37,477 bases of DNA from Bradyrhizobium sp. (GCA_035278345.1 DATEJC010000577.1:1-37477), one strand, 5' to 3'. Shown: positions 1-9,467, numbered from the stretch's first letter. The notes: generated by a model from the letters alone, not told the origin. Numbers and translations are program-made.

Positions 1-165
1 GACCAGTTGCTTGTTGACCCCTGCACGTTCGGCGATCTCGTCGACGCGCGCGCCGGCGAGACCCCGGCCGGCGAATTCGCGCCGCGCCGCCGTCAAAAGC
101 TTCTTCTGAGTCGCGGCGGGATCGCGCCGCCTCGTGCCAGAACCGTTTGTGCGTCTTTTGGCCAT
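1..165 (-). CDS. TetR/AcrR-family regulator, N-terminal part (runs off the window edge)
   Basis: Not in the ORF track. Manual translation from ATG at 165-163 gives MAKRRTNGSGTRRRDPAATQKKLLTAARREFAGRGLAGARVDEIAERAGVNKQLV, a typical TetR HTH. Confidence 0.9.
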   Translation of the reverse strand, partial: MAKRRTNGSGTRRRDPAATQKKLLTAARREFAGRGLAGARVDEIAERAGVNKQLV

Positions 166-167
166 TC

Positions 168-181
168 CAACCAATTAGTTG
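168..181. promoter_or_regulatory. Putative TetR operator
   Basis: Imperfect palindrome CAACCAATTAGTTG immediately upstream of the TetR start, overlapping TTGACA (179-184). Confidence 0.5.
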
Positions 182-263
182 ACAAGTCGCGCTGTCCCTT
201 GTTGCATTGGTAGCGTCGCGCGGGCGCCGCGACAAGGCCGAGTTGCAGCCGAGGAGACTTGCC

Positions 264-1268
264 ATGAAAGGGTTGAGGATTGCCATGCTGGTCATGGCGT
301 TGAGCGTGCCCGCGGCTGCATCGCATGCGGGTGAGGCGGTCAACCTGATGCTGAACTGGACGCCGACCGCGGACCATTCGCCGTTCTATTACGCCAAGGC
401 GCAGGGCTGGTACGAGAAGGCCGGGATCGATCTGACCATCGAGACCGGCAAGGGCTCCGGCGTCTCGTCGCTGAAGGTCGGCTCCGGCGGCTCGCCGTTC
501 GGCATCGCAGATCTCGCCACCATGCTGGTGGCCAAGAGCAAGGGCGCCGATGTCGTCGCGCTGATGAGCATCTATGCCAACACCGGCCAGACTTTCTATT
601 GGCTGAAGAGCTATGGCGTGAACGGCGCCAAGGATTTTCCCGGTCACAAGATCGGCAATCCGCCGGGCGATGCCTCGCGCGTGATGTGGCCGGCCTTTGC
701 CAAGGCGGCCGGCATCGCCCCGGACTCCGTCAGTTTCGTCAATGTCGGACCGACCGCCAAGATCGCCGCGCTGAAGAGCCATACCGTCGATATCATCAGC
801 GACTTCTACAACGAGCATGATCTGAAGGTGATCGAGTTCGGCTCCGACCTCGGTTACCTCAACTGGAAGGATATCGGGCTCAATCCCTACGGCAATTCGC
901 TGATCGTGAACGGCGCCTTCATGGAGAAGAACCCGAAGCTGGTGGAGCAGTTCGTCCGCGTCAGCCAGAAGGCCTTTGCGGCCTGCGTCGCCGACGTTGC
1001 GCCTTGCCTGAAGGCGTTGCTCGATCAGGTCTCCGGTCTCGACAAGGAAAACCAGCAGCGGCAGTGGGAGCGGATCAAGTTCCTGATGACCGACGAGTTC
1101 ACGACCACCAAGGGATTGGGCTGGATCGACGCCGATCGCATGAAGAAGGACTATGAACTGGTGCAGACCTATCTCGGCATGGAAAAGCCGTTCGACGTCG
1201 GCACGGCGTTTTCCACGAAGATGCTCGATCCCGGCATCAAGATGGATGCAAGCAAGGTGAAGAAATAG
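264..1268 (+). CDS. ABC transporter substrate-binding protein, NMT1/THI5 family
   Basis: GAGGAG RBS before ATG 264; signal peptide; LNWTPTADHSPFYYAKAQGWYEKAGIDLTI motif. Confidence 0.85.
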   Translation: MKGLRIAMLVMALSVPAAASHAGEAVNLMLNWTPTADHSPFYYAKAQGWYEKAGIDLTIETGKGSGVSSLKVGSGGSPFGIADLATMLVAKSKGADVVALMSIYANTGQTFYWLKSYGVNGAKDFPGHKIGNPPGDASRVMWPAFAKAAGIAPDSVSFVNVGPTAKIAALKSHTVDIISDFYNEHDLKVIEFGSDLGYLNWKDIGLNPYGNSLIVNGAFMEKNPKLVEQFVRVSQKAFAACVADVAPCLKALLDQVSGLDKENQQRQWERIKFLMTDEFTTTKGLGWIDADRMKKDYELVQTYLGMEKPFDVGTAFSTKMLDPGIKMDASKVKK

Positions 1269-1284
1269 CCGGTGCGAAGCGTAG

Positions 1285-2265
1285 CTACTGCAGCGCCATG
1301 CCCGCGGTCTTCACCACCGTGGTCAGCTTTTCGTAGTCGTTCTTCATCAGCGCGGCGAGATCGCGCAGCGACATCGGCTTGCCCGGAATATCGGTGATCG
1401 AGAGCTGCCGCTGCACATCGGGATTTTCCAACGCCTTGCTGATGGCGGCATTGATCTTCTCGGCGAGCACGTCCGGCGTGCCTGCGGTCACATAGATTCC
1501 GTACCACGGCACATAGGCGGCTTCCGGATAGCCGGCTTCCGCGATGGTCGGCACGTCAGGCAGGTCGGCGACGCGGTTATGGGTCAGCACGGCCAGCGGC
1601 TTGATGCTGCCCTGCTTGATATGCGGCAGCGCCAGCGCCATCGAGACGATCTCGAAATGCATGAGGTTGGTCATGAGGTCGACCAGCGCCTGTGGCTGAC
1701 CCTTGTAGCCGACATTGGTCAGCTTGATGTTGGCCGCCTGAAACAGTTTTTGCGCGGAGAGGTCGATCGACGATCCCGTGCCGGGATTGCCGAAATTGAG
1801 CTGGCCTGGCTTGCTGCGCGCCAGCTCCACGAATTCGCCGATGGTCTTCGCCGGCAGCGTCGGATTGACCACCGCCACGCTCTGCGCCCAGACGGCCAGG
1901 CCGACGCACTTCAAATCCTTCATCGCATCCCAGCCAGCATCCTTGTAAAGGCCGGGATTGACCAGCGCCGCCGGGCCGGTGACGAGCCACGTGTAACCAT
2001 CGGGATCGCTGCGCGCGACGGCGGCGGTGCCGATATTGCTGTTACCGCCGGGACGCGCCTCGACGATGACGGTCGCCTTGAGATCGCGGCCAACTTGTTC
2101 GGTGACGGCGCGTGCGACCATGTCGACAATGCCGCCGGCGGGGTAGGGGACGATGACGCGGATCGGCCGGCTCGGCCAGTTCTCCTGCGCGTGTGCGCCG
2201 ATGGTGCTGCCGATCAGCATGACGATGGCTGCGGCAAAGCCCAGCGCGGTCCGGATCCGGCTCAT
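1285..2265 (-). CDS. Tripartite tricarboxylate transporter receptor (Bug/TctC)
   Basis: WPSRPIRVIVPYPAGGIVD, PGGNSNIG and PDGYT motifs; signal peptide; G-rich RBS before ATG 2265. Confidence 0.9.
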   Translation of the reverse strand: MSRIRTALGFAAAIVMLIGSTIGAHAQENWPSRPIRVIVPYPAGGIVDMVARAVTEQVGRDLKATVIVEARPGGNSNIGTAAVARSDPDGYTWLVTGPAALVNPGLYKDAGWDAMKDLKCVGLAVWAQSVAVVNPTLPAKTIGEFVELARSKPGQLNFGNPGTGSSIDLSAQKLFQAANIKLTNVGYKGQPQALVDLMTNLMHFEIVSMALALPHIKQGSIKPLAVLTHNRVADLPDVPTIAEAGYPEAAYVPWYGIYVTAGTPDVLAEKINAAISKALENPDVQRQLSITDIPGKPMSLRDLAALMKNDYEKLTTVVKTAGMALQ

Positions 2266-2318
2266 ACTCCCCTCCCTCTGTTGTTGCGCCGTTCGAGCGG
2301 CGCTTGTTCTCTCAACGA

Positions 2319-3107
2319 CTAGGCGCCGGCGACCAGCGATGTGATGCTGCGCGCGAGCCCGAGAATGCGCGGCCCGCATTCGCGCTCGATCTGTTCGGCG
2401 GAAAACCGGAATGAGGGGATGCCGCAATTGACGGAGAGGCAATCGCCCGACGGCGTGCGGTAGAGCGGCGCGGCGACGCCAAAAATCTCGCGCCGCCATT
2501 CGCCGAGCGACACGGCAAAGCCGCGCTCGCGGCAAAGCTCGACGTCCGGCAGCGTCCGTTTCTGCACATACTCCGCATCCTGCGGCTGCTCGGTCTTCAC
2601 CCTGGCGACGTAACCGTCGAGCTCATCCCCGGTGTAGAGCGACAGCAGGGCGCGGCCGACGGCAGTCGTGGAAATCGCGCCGGTGAACCCGACGTCGGGC
2701 ACATGCGGCACCGCATCGGTCGTCCGCAGCGTCTCGACATAGATGAAGTCGAGGCCGAAGGGCATCGCGATCGACACCGTGCCACCAGCATAAGCTGCAA
2801 AATCGCGCATCAGGGGACGCGCGAGCTGCCGCACTTTCAGCGCCGACAGCACCGGATAGGCGGCGGCGAGCACGCCGAGCCCGAGCACGAAGCCTTTGGC
2901 GTCGCGCTTGAGATAGCCAAGCTGCGCCAGGGTGTAGGTGAGCCGCGACACCGTCGGCCGCGACAGGCCGGTATGGGCCGCAAGCTCGGCATTCGATAGC
3001 GGGCCCGGATTGTTGCGGAAGGCGGCCAGCACATCGAGCCCGTGCGCCAGCGTGGTCGCGAAGGACGGGTCGGCCTGGGCGTCGATGGTGGCAAGGATCG
3101 CAGGCAT
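2319..3107 (-). CDS. IclR-family transcriptional regulator
   Basis: TLAHGLDVLAAF...LSNAELAAHTGLSRPTVSRLTYTL HTH; TAVGRALL and GVAAP in the effector domain. Start placed at MPAIL. Confidence 0.9.
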   Translation of the reverse strand: MPAILATIDAQADPSFATTLAHGLDVLAAFRNNPGPLSNAELAAHTGLSRPTVSRLTYTLAQLGYLKRDAKGFVLGLGVLAAAYPVLSALKVRQLARPLMRDFAAYAGGTVSIAMPFGLDFIYVETLRTTDAVPHVPDVGFTGAISTTAVGRALLSLYTGDELDGYVARVKTEQPQDAEYVQKRTLPDVELCRERGFAVSLGEWRREIFGVAAPLYRTPSGDCLSVNCGIPSFRFSAEQIERECGPRILGLARSITSLVAGA

Positions 3108-3144
3108 GCCAGGATAATGATCTAGAATTGCCGTTTCTGTCAAT

Positions 3145-3177
3145 ATATCGAAACGAATTTGCATTTCGTATCGATAT
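3145..3177. promoter_or_regulatory. Inverted repeat, putative IclR operator
   Basis: ATATCGAAACGAA-N7-TTCGTATCGATAT (12 of 13 positions match) in an AT-rich divergent spacer. Confidence 0.6.
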
Positions 3178-3212
3178 GGGCTTATCTCCAGACGAAGAAA
3201 CAGGGAAGCAGC

Positions 3213-4457
3213 ATGGATTTCAATCTGTCCGGGCGGTCGGAGCAGTGGCGCGGGAAACTGCAGGCCTTCTTCGATGGCGAAGTGCTGCCGCGCCACCGTG
3301 CCTGGCTGGAGCATGTCAGTGCCAGTACCGACACGCCGCCCTTCATGGCCGACCTGCAGCAGAAGGCGCGCGGGGCGGGCCTGTGGAATCTCGGGCTGCC
3401 CGAGCTTGCGGCGGGCGAGCCGGGCACCAGGCTCACAAATCTCGAATATGCGCCGCTGGCGGAAATCATGGGCCGCCTGTTCTGGGCGCCGGAGGTCTTC
3501 AACTGCCAGGCGCCCGACGTGCCCAACATGATCGCGCTGCAGAACTGCGCGACGCCGGAGCAAAAGGCGCGCTGGCTGCGCCCGCTGCTGGAAGCGCAGA
3601 CGCGCTCGGCCTTTGGCATGACCGAGCCTGATGTCGCTTCATCCGATGCGACCAACATCGCCACCAGGATGGTCCGCGACGGCAGCGACTATGTGATCAA
3701 CGGCCGCAAATGGTTCATCACCGGGGCAGCGCATCCGCGTTGCAGTTTCCTGATCGTGACGGGAGTGACCAACTCGGATGCCGACCGCACGGGCCGCCAT
3801 TCGTGCATCATGGTGCCGATGGATGCGCCGGGCGTGCGGCTGGTGCGCCGGCTGAGCTGGATGGGCTGCCAGGACCATGTCGCGCCGATTGGCGAACTGA
3901 CCTTTGAGAACGTTCGCGTGCCCGCCGAAAACCTGCTCGGTGCGGAGGGCGACGGGTTCAAGGTGGCGCAGGTCCGCCTCGGGCCGGCGCGCATCCACCA
4001 TTGCATGCGCTCGATCGGGCTTTGCGAGCTGCTGATCGAGTTGATGATGGTGCGCGCGATGGAACGCTCGACCTTCGGCCGCACCATCATCCAGTACGAC
4101 ACCGTGCAGCGCTGGATCGCCGAATCCCGCGTCGAGCTGGAGCAGGCGCGATTGCTCGCCTATCGCTGCGCCTGGCGGCTCGACCAGAGCGGCCATCACG
4201 GCGCCTGGCGCGATGTCTCGCTGATCAAGGTTGCCGTGCCGGCGATGCTGCAAAGGATCGCCGACCGCGCCATGCAGGTATTCGGCGCGATGGGCGGCTC
4301 GGAGGATACGCCGATTCATCAGGCGCTGGCGTGGGGCAGGCTGCTCCGCATCGGCGACGGGCCGGATGAAGTGCATCTGCGGCAGATTTTCCGGATGGAG
4401 CCGACGCCGTCCTGGTCGATCGCCAATTCGCCCTATCTGGCGGCCCGCCCGGTTTGA
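3213..4457 (+). CDS. Acyl-CoA dehydrogenase (FadE2/ACAD10-11-like clade)
   Basis: LTNLEYAPLAEIMGR, FGMTEPDVASSDATNI, INGRKWFITGA, RLGPARIHHCMR and RIGDGPDEVH motifs. Confidence 0.9.
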   Translation: MDFNLSGRSEQWRGKLQAFFDGEVLPRHRAWLEHVSASTDTPPFMADLQQKARGAGLWNLGLPELAAGEPGTRLTNLEYAPLAEIMGRLFWAPEVFNCQAPDVPNMIALQNCATPEQKARWLRPLLEAQTRSAFGMTEPDVASSDATNIATRMVRDGSDYVINGRKWFITGAAHPRCSFLIVTGVTNSDADRTGRHSCIMVPMDAPGVRLVRRLSWMGCQDHVAPIGELTFENVRVPAENLLGAEGDGFKVAQVRLGPARIHHCMRSIGLCELLIELMMVRAMERSTFGRTIIQYDTVQRWIAESRVELEQARLLAYRCAWRLDQSGHHGAWRDVSLIKVAVPAMLQRIADRAMQVFGAMGGSEDTPIHQALAWGRLLRIGDGPDEVHLRQIFRMEPTPSWSIANSPYLAARPV

Positions 4458-4501
4458 GGGATAATGAAGTCTTGCTGGCTTCACCCGAGAGGCACGTACT
4501 G

Positions 4502-6316
4502 ATGACAATGACGGATCAACCGCAGCAAACCACCGGGATCGACAAGGAGTGGCTGCGCAAGAAGTATCTGGACGAGCGCAACAAGCGGCTGCGCCCCGAC
4601 GGCAACGAGCAGTATCTGCAGGTCAAGGGCCGGCTCGCCCATTATCTCGACGATCCCTACACGCCGGTCACGCCGCGTGCGCCGAAATGCGATCACGTCA
4701 CCTTTGCCTTCATCGGCGGCGGCTTTGCGGGGCTCGCCACCGCCGCGCGGCTGGTCGAGGCCGGCATCCGGGATGTCCGCATCATCGAGAAGGGCGGCGA
4801 TTTCGGCGGCACCTGGTATTGGAACCGCTATCCCGGCGCGCAGTGCGATACGGCCTCGATGGTCTATATGCCGCTGCTGGAAGAAACCGGTCACATGCCC
4901 ACGGAGAAATACGCGCATGCGCCGGAAATCCTCGCTCACTGCCAGCGCATCGGCAAGCAATACGGCCTTTACGACAACGCGCTGTTGCACACCGAGGTCG
5001 TCAGCCTTGACTGGGACGAGGCGAAATCGCGCTGGTTGATCCATACCACTCGCGGCGATGCCTTCACCGCACAATTCGTCGGCATGGGCACCGGGCCGCT
5101 GCATGTGCCCAAACTGCCGGGCATTCCCGGCATCGAGTCCTTCACGGGTCACTCCTTCCACACCAGCCGCTGGGACTACGACTATACGGGCGGTGATCCG
5201 GCGGGCGCGCCGATGGAGAAGCTCGCCGGCAAGCGCGTCGGCATCATCGGCACCGGCGCCACCTCGGTGCAGTGCGTTCCGCATCTTGCCCGCGCAGCCA
5301 AGGAGCTCTACGTCTTCCAGCGCACGCCGTCCTCGGTCGACGTGCGCGGCAACGCGCCGATCGATCCGGAATGGTTCGCGGAAATTGCAACGCCCGGCTG
5401 GCAGCAGCGCTGGCTGGAGAATTTCACCGCCAACCAGGCCGGCGGCACTGCCGAGATCGATCTCGTCCAGGACGGCTGGACCGATCTGAACCGGCGTATC
5501 CGCGCCAAGATCATCCAGTTGCCGCGCGAGCAGCGGACGCCGCCGAACATGCTAGCCGCGTTCGAGGATTCCGACTTCGAGAAGATGGAGGAGATCCGCG
5601 CGCGGATCGACACCATCGTCAGCGATCGCGAGACCGCGGCCAAACTGAAAGCCTGGTATCGCCAACTCTGCAAGCGGCCGTGCTTCCATGATTCCTACCT
5701 TCAGGCGTTCAATACGCCGGGAACGCATCTGGTTGATACTGACGGCAAAGGTGTCGAGAAGATCACCGAAAACGGCATCGTGGTCGCCGGCCGCGAATAC
5801 CAGCTCGATTGCATCATCTATGCCTCCGGCTTCGAGGTCGGTACCGAGTACAAGCGCCGCGCCGGCTTCGACCTGACCGGCCGCGGTGGCGCGAAACTGT
5901 CGGACTATTGGGCGGAGGGCATGCGCACCAAGCACGGCATCCACGTGCATGGTTTTCCCAACGCCTTCTTCGTACAGCCGACCCAGGGCGCCAACCTGAT
6001 CTCCAACGTGCCACATAATTTGACCGAGGCGGCGCGGACCATTGCGATGATGGTAAGCCACGCGCGGATGGTCGGCGCAAAGGAAATCGAGGTGACAAAG
6101 GAGGCGGAGGATCGCTGGATCGAGCTGCTCTTGACCGGCGTCGGCCGGATGATCGGCTCGCAGGATTGCACCCCGGGTTACTACAACAATGAAGGACAAG
6201 AGCCCGGTCCCGCGGCGAAGCTCAATGTCGGCTATCCCGCGGGTGCCCTGGCCTATTTCAAGTACATCGAGGCGTGGCGCAGCAACGGTCAGTTCGAAGG
6301 ACTGGAATTCCGCTGA
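4502..6316 (+). CDS. Type I Baeyer-Villiger monooxygenase, cyclododecanone monooxygenase-like
   Basis: GGGFAG and GTGAT Rossmann motifs; GGTWYWNRYPGAQCD; BVMO fingerprint FTGHSFHTSRWD. Start could also be 4508. Confidence 0.9.
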   Translation: MTMTDQPQQTTGIDKEWLRKKYLDERNKRLRPDGNEQYLQVKGRLAHYLDDPYTPVTPRAPKCDHVTFAFIGGGFAGLATAARLVEAGIRDVRIIEKGGDFGGTWYWNRYPGAQCDTASMVYMPLLEETGHMPTEKYAHAPEILAHCQRIGKQYGLYDNALLHTEVVSLDWDEAKSRWLIHTTRGDAFTAQFVGMGTGPLHVPKLPGIPGIESFTGHSFHTSRWDYDYTGGDPAGAPMEKLAGKRVGIIGTGATSVQCVPHLARAAKELYVFQRTPSSVDVRGNAPIDPEWFAEIATPGWQQRWLENFTANQAGGTAEIDLVQDGWTDLNRRIRAKIIQLPREQRTPPNMLAAFEDSDFEKMEEIRARIDTIVSDRETAAKLKAWYRQLCKRPCFHDSYLQAFNTPGTHLVDTDGKGVEKITENGIVVAGREYQLDCIIYASGFEVGTEYKRRAGFDLTGRGGAKLSDYWAEGMRTKHGIHVHGFPNAFFVQPTQGANLISNVPHNLTEAARTIAMMVSHARMVGAKEIEVTKEAEDRWIELLLTGVGRMIGSQDCTPGYYNNEGQEPGPAAKLNVGYPAGALAYFKYIEAWRSNGQFEGLEFR

Positions 6317-6348
6317 AGGCGCACAACAAGATCAAGGGAGTGACGCGT

Positions 6349-8292
6349 ATGACCCAGACCGCCGCCGAAATGCCCAAGGAGATGCCGAAGGATGCATCGG
6401 CTTCCGTCGCCGCGCAGCACGAGGCGACGCTGAAGACGTTGCCGTTCGCCGATGTCAGGGACTTCGACGACGCGGCGCGCGGTTTTCTCGGCACCATCGA
6501 GAACGCGAAGATCACCTCGCCGCAGGGCAGGGTGGTCTGGAGCCTGGAGCAATATGCGTTCCTGAAGGAGGAGAAAGCGCCGCCGACCGTCGATCCCAGC
6601 CTGTGGCGGCAATCGCGCCTCAACATGAATCACGGCCTGTTCGAGGTGGTGCCTGGCGTCTACCAGGTGCGCGGGCTCGACATCGCCAACATGACGCTGA
6701 TCGAGGGCAACACCGGCGTGGTCGTGGTGGACACCTTGACCTCGATCGAGGGTGCGCGCGCCGCCATGGAGCTGTATTTCCGGCATCGCGGCAAAAAGCC
6801 GGTCACTGCCGTGATCTTTACCCACACCCATACCGACCATTGGGGCGGCGCACGGGGCGTGCTCGATGACGCGACGCTGGCGAGCGGCCAGGTGCCGATC
6901 ATTGCGCCGAACCTCTTCATGGAACACGCGGTCTCGGAGAACATCATTGCGGGGCCGGCGATGCTGCGGCGTGCGCAGTACCAGTTCGGGCCGTTCCTTG
7001 CCAAGGGCGTGCGCGGCCATGTCGATTGCGGGCTCGGGAAGACCATGGCGGCCGGCGCGGTGGCGCTGTTGCGTCCCACTGATCTCATCATCGCAACCGG
7101 CGACAAACGCGTGATCGACGGGCTGGAGTTCGAATTCCAGATGGCGCCGAACAGCGAGGCACCGGCGGAGATGCACTTCTTCGTGCCGCGCCACAAGCTG
7201 CTCAACCTCGCGGAAAACTGCACGCACAATTTCCACAATCTGCTGCCGTTCCGCGGCGCCGACGTACGCGACGCGCTGGCCTGGTCGAAATATCTCGGCG
7301 AGGCGCTGCAGATGTGGGGCGGCAAGGCGGAGGCGATGTGCGGCCAGCATCACTGGCCGGTGTGGGGCAAGGAGCGGATCGACACCATGATCCGCCAGCA
7401 GCGCGACCTCTACAAGTTCGCACACGACCAGACCATCCGCCTGATGAACCACGGTCTCACGGCGGCGGAGATCGCCGAAACCATTCGCCTTCCGAAGAGT
7501 CTCGACGGCGCCTGGCACGGCCGCGGCTACTACGGCCACATCCGGCACAATGTGAAGGCGATCTACCAGAAATATCTCGGCTGGTATGACGCCAATCCCG
7601 TCAATCTCGATCCCTTGCCGCCGGTCGAGAGCGGCAGGAAATATGTCGAATACATGGGTGGGGCGAACGCATTGCTCGATCGCGCGCGCAGGGATTTTGC
7701 GAAAGGGGAATTCCGCTTCGTCGCGCAGGCCGTGAGCCATTTGGTGTTCGCCGACCCGGATAACCAGGCGGCGCGCGCGCTGCTGGCCGATACGTTCGAG
7801 CAGCTTGGCTACGCCGCGGAGAGCTCGACCTGGCGCAACGCCTATCTGTTCGGCGCGCAGGAGCTTCGGCAGGGAATGCCGAAGGCGCCGCCGCGTTCAG
7901 CCATGCCGCGGGAGACCCTCGCTGCCCTTCGCACCGAGCAGCTCTGGGACGTGCTCGGCGTCCGCCTCAACGGGCCAAAGGCGGAAGGCAAGCAGATCGT
8001 GCTGAACTGGAGCTTCACCGACACCGGCGAGACCTTCGTCCTCAATCTGGAAAATTCAGCGCTAACCTACATCGCCGGTGCACAGGCCAATGACGCCGAC
8101 GCCGGCTTTACGCTGGTGCGCAGCGTGCTCGATGAAGTCATTGCAAAGCTGACCACGTTTCCCGATGCGGTCGGCGCCGGCAAGATCAAGGTGACGGGAA
8201 ATCCGCTGCGGCTCGGCGAATTGATGATGCTGATGGACGAGTTTCCGCGGATGTTCGAGATCGTCGAGCCGAAGCGCACGCCAGTCGCCTGA
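6349..8292 (+). CDS. Alkyl/aryl sulfatase, SdsA1/BDS1 metallo-beta-lactamase type with C-terminal SCP2-like domain
   Basis: PSLWRQSRLN, YQVRGLDIANMT, HTHTDH Zn motif, EAPAEM, RGYYG and YLGWYDANP. No evident signal peptide. Confidence 0.9.
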   Translation: MTQTAAEMPKEMPKDASASVAAQHEATLKTLPFADVRDFDDAARGFLGTIENAKITSPQGRVVWSLEQYAFLKEEKAPPTVDPSLWRQSRLNMNHGLFEVVPGVYQVRGLDIANMTLIEGNTGVVVVDTLTSIEGARAAMELYFRHRGKKPVTAVIFTHTHTDHWGGARGVLDDATLASGQVPIIAPNLFMEHAVSENIIAGPAMLRRAQYQFGPFLAKGVRGHVDCGLGKTMAAGAVALLRPTDLIIATGDKRVIDGLEFEFQMAPNSEAPAEMHFFVPRHKLLNLAENCTHNFHNLLPFRGADVRDALAWSKYLGEALQMWGGKAEAMCGQHHWPVWGKERIDTMIRQQRDLYKFAHDQTIRLMNHGLTAAEIAETIRLPKSLDGAWHGRGYYGHIRHNVKAIYQKYLGWYDANPVNLDPLPPVESGRKYVEYMGGANALLDRARRDFAKGEFRFVAQAVSHLVFADPDNQAARALLADTFEQLGYAAESSTWRNAYLFGAQELRQGMPKAPPRSAMPRETLAALRTEQLWDVLGVRLNGPKAEGKQIVLNWSFTDTGETFVLNLENSALTYIAGAQANDADAGFTLVRSVLDEVIAKLTTFPDAVGAGKIKVTGNPLRLGELMMLMDEFPRMFEIVEPKRTPVA

Positions 8293-8313
8293 CATGCGCT
8301 CCGGCGCGATACG

Positions 8314-9381
8314 TTATTCCGCGCTGCTAACCAGCTTGATGCGCGGTCCGGCGGCTTCCATCAGGCTGCGATAGGCGGAGAGATAATCGAGCGCCATGCG
8401 GCGCGCCGTAAACCGGCGCTCGAATACCTTGCGGATTTCGGTCCGATCGAGGTCCGCCAGCCGGCCGACATCGGCGACAGCGCTGATCTCGTCCTCGACG
8501 ACAAAACCGGTCCGCCCGTCCTCGACGATCTCGGCGACGGAGCCGCGGTTGTAGGCGATTACGGGCGTGCCGCAGGCCATCGCCTCGATCATCACAAGTC
8601 CGAATGGTTCCGGCCAGTCGATCGGCACCAACAGTCCGATCGCTCCGCTCAGAAAGTCCGACTTCTCGCGGTCGCTGATCTCGCCGATGAATTCGACCAG
8701 CGGATTGCTCTCGATCAGCGGCCGGATCAATTCGTCATAATAGTCCTGGTCGGCGCGATCGACCTTGGCCGCGATCTTCAGCGGAATGCCGCAGCGCGTC
8801 GCGATGCGGATGGCACGATCGACACCCTTTTCCGGCGCGATCCGGCCGAGCACTCCGAGATAGGACGGCTTGACTGGCTGGGGTGTGAGCAAGCTCTCCG
8901 GCAAGCCATGATGAATGGTGCGCAGCCAGTTGGCTTGCGGCACCGGCCGGCGCTGCGCATTCGAAATCGAGATCACCGGCGCCTTGAACGTGTTGAACAC
9001 CGGCTGATGCTCCGGCAGGTCGAGCCGGCCGTGCAGGGTGGTTAGAAAGGGGGTCGGCTGCCGCCCGAACAGCGAAAAAGGGTAGTAGTCGAGATGGAAG
9101 TGCAGGAAGTCGAACTCCTCGTCGTCACATTTGTGGCGGACGCGCTCGAGCATCACCATGTGCAGCGCGTTGGGGTCGCGAACCGAGCCGTCCAGCCGTA
9201 ACGCTTTCGGCCAGGTGGCTTCCAGCCTTGCAGAAGTTTGCGAATCGCCGCTCGCAAAAAGCGTGACCTCATGTCCGAGCGTGACCAGCTCCTCCGTCAG
9301 CCAGGACACCACCCTTTCCGTGCCGCCATACAGTTTGGGTGGAACAGCCTCCGTCAGCGGAGCAACCTGCGCGATGCGCAT
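8314..9381 (-). CDS. Glycosyltransferase family 4
   Basis: MRIAQVAP...PPKLYGGTERVV, GRIAPEKG and EPFGLVMIEAMACGTPV (EX7E); AGGAG RBS. Confidence 0.92.
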   Translation of the reverse strand: MRIAQVAPLTEAVPPKLYGGTERVVSWLTEELVTLGHEVTLFASGDSQTSARLEATWPKALRLDGSVRDPNALHMVMLERVRHKCDDEEFDFLHFHLDYYPFSLFGRQPTPFLTTLHGRLDLPEHQPVFNTFKAPVISISNAQRRPVPQANWLRTIHHGLPESLLTPQPVKPSYLGVLGRIAPEKGVDRAIRIATRCGIPLKIAAKVDRADQDYYDELIRPLIESNPLVEFIGEISDREKSDFLSGAIGLLVPIDWPEPFGLVMIEAMACGTPVIAYNRGSVAEIVEDGRTGFVVEDEISAVADVGRLADLDRTEIRKVFERRFTARRMALDYLSAYRSLMEAAGPRIKLVSSAE

Positions 9382-9440
9382 CTCTGCGTCTCCTGTATTC
9401 CATGAGTGAAGAATGCCCCCAGCGAACCCTGTGATATGCG

Positions 9441-9467
9441 GGAACGTTTTGGCATCTGCGAGGTTCC
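9441..9467. promoter_or_regulatory. Bidirectional sigma-EcfG (general stress response)-type promoter
   Basis: GGAAC-N17-GTTCC. The minus strand reads GGAAC-N16-CGTT toward GT4; the plus strand reads GGAAC-N16-GGTT toward the ABC gene. Confidence 0.7.

Noticed and set aside
1281-1288. GTAGCTAC at a gene end (also 24908-24915) as a REP excision scar
   Set aside because: An 8-bp palindrome containing a stop codon can recur by chance, and there is no further support.
6367-6393. EMPK-EMPK 12-bp tandem duplication at the sulfatase N-terminus
   Set aside because: Two degenerate copies in a variable N-terminus; it only affects the choice of start codon.
6289-7740. Long antisense ORFs (this one, also 13556-15571, 18321-19748, 19752-21131, 28204-29694 and others)
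   Set aside because: They are shadows of well-supported genes on the opposite strand, expected in GC-rich DNA, and contain no recognisable motifs.
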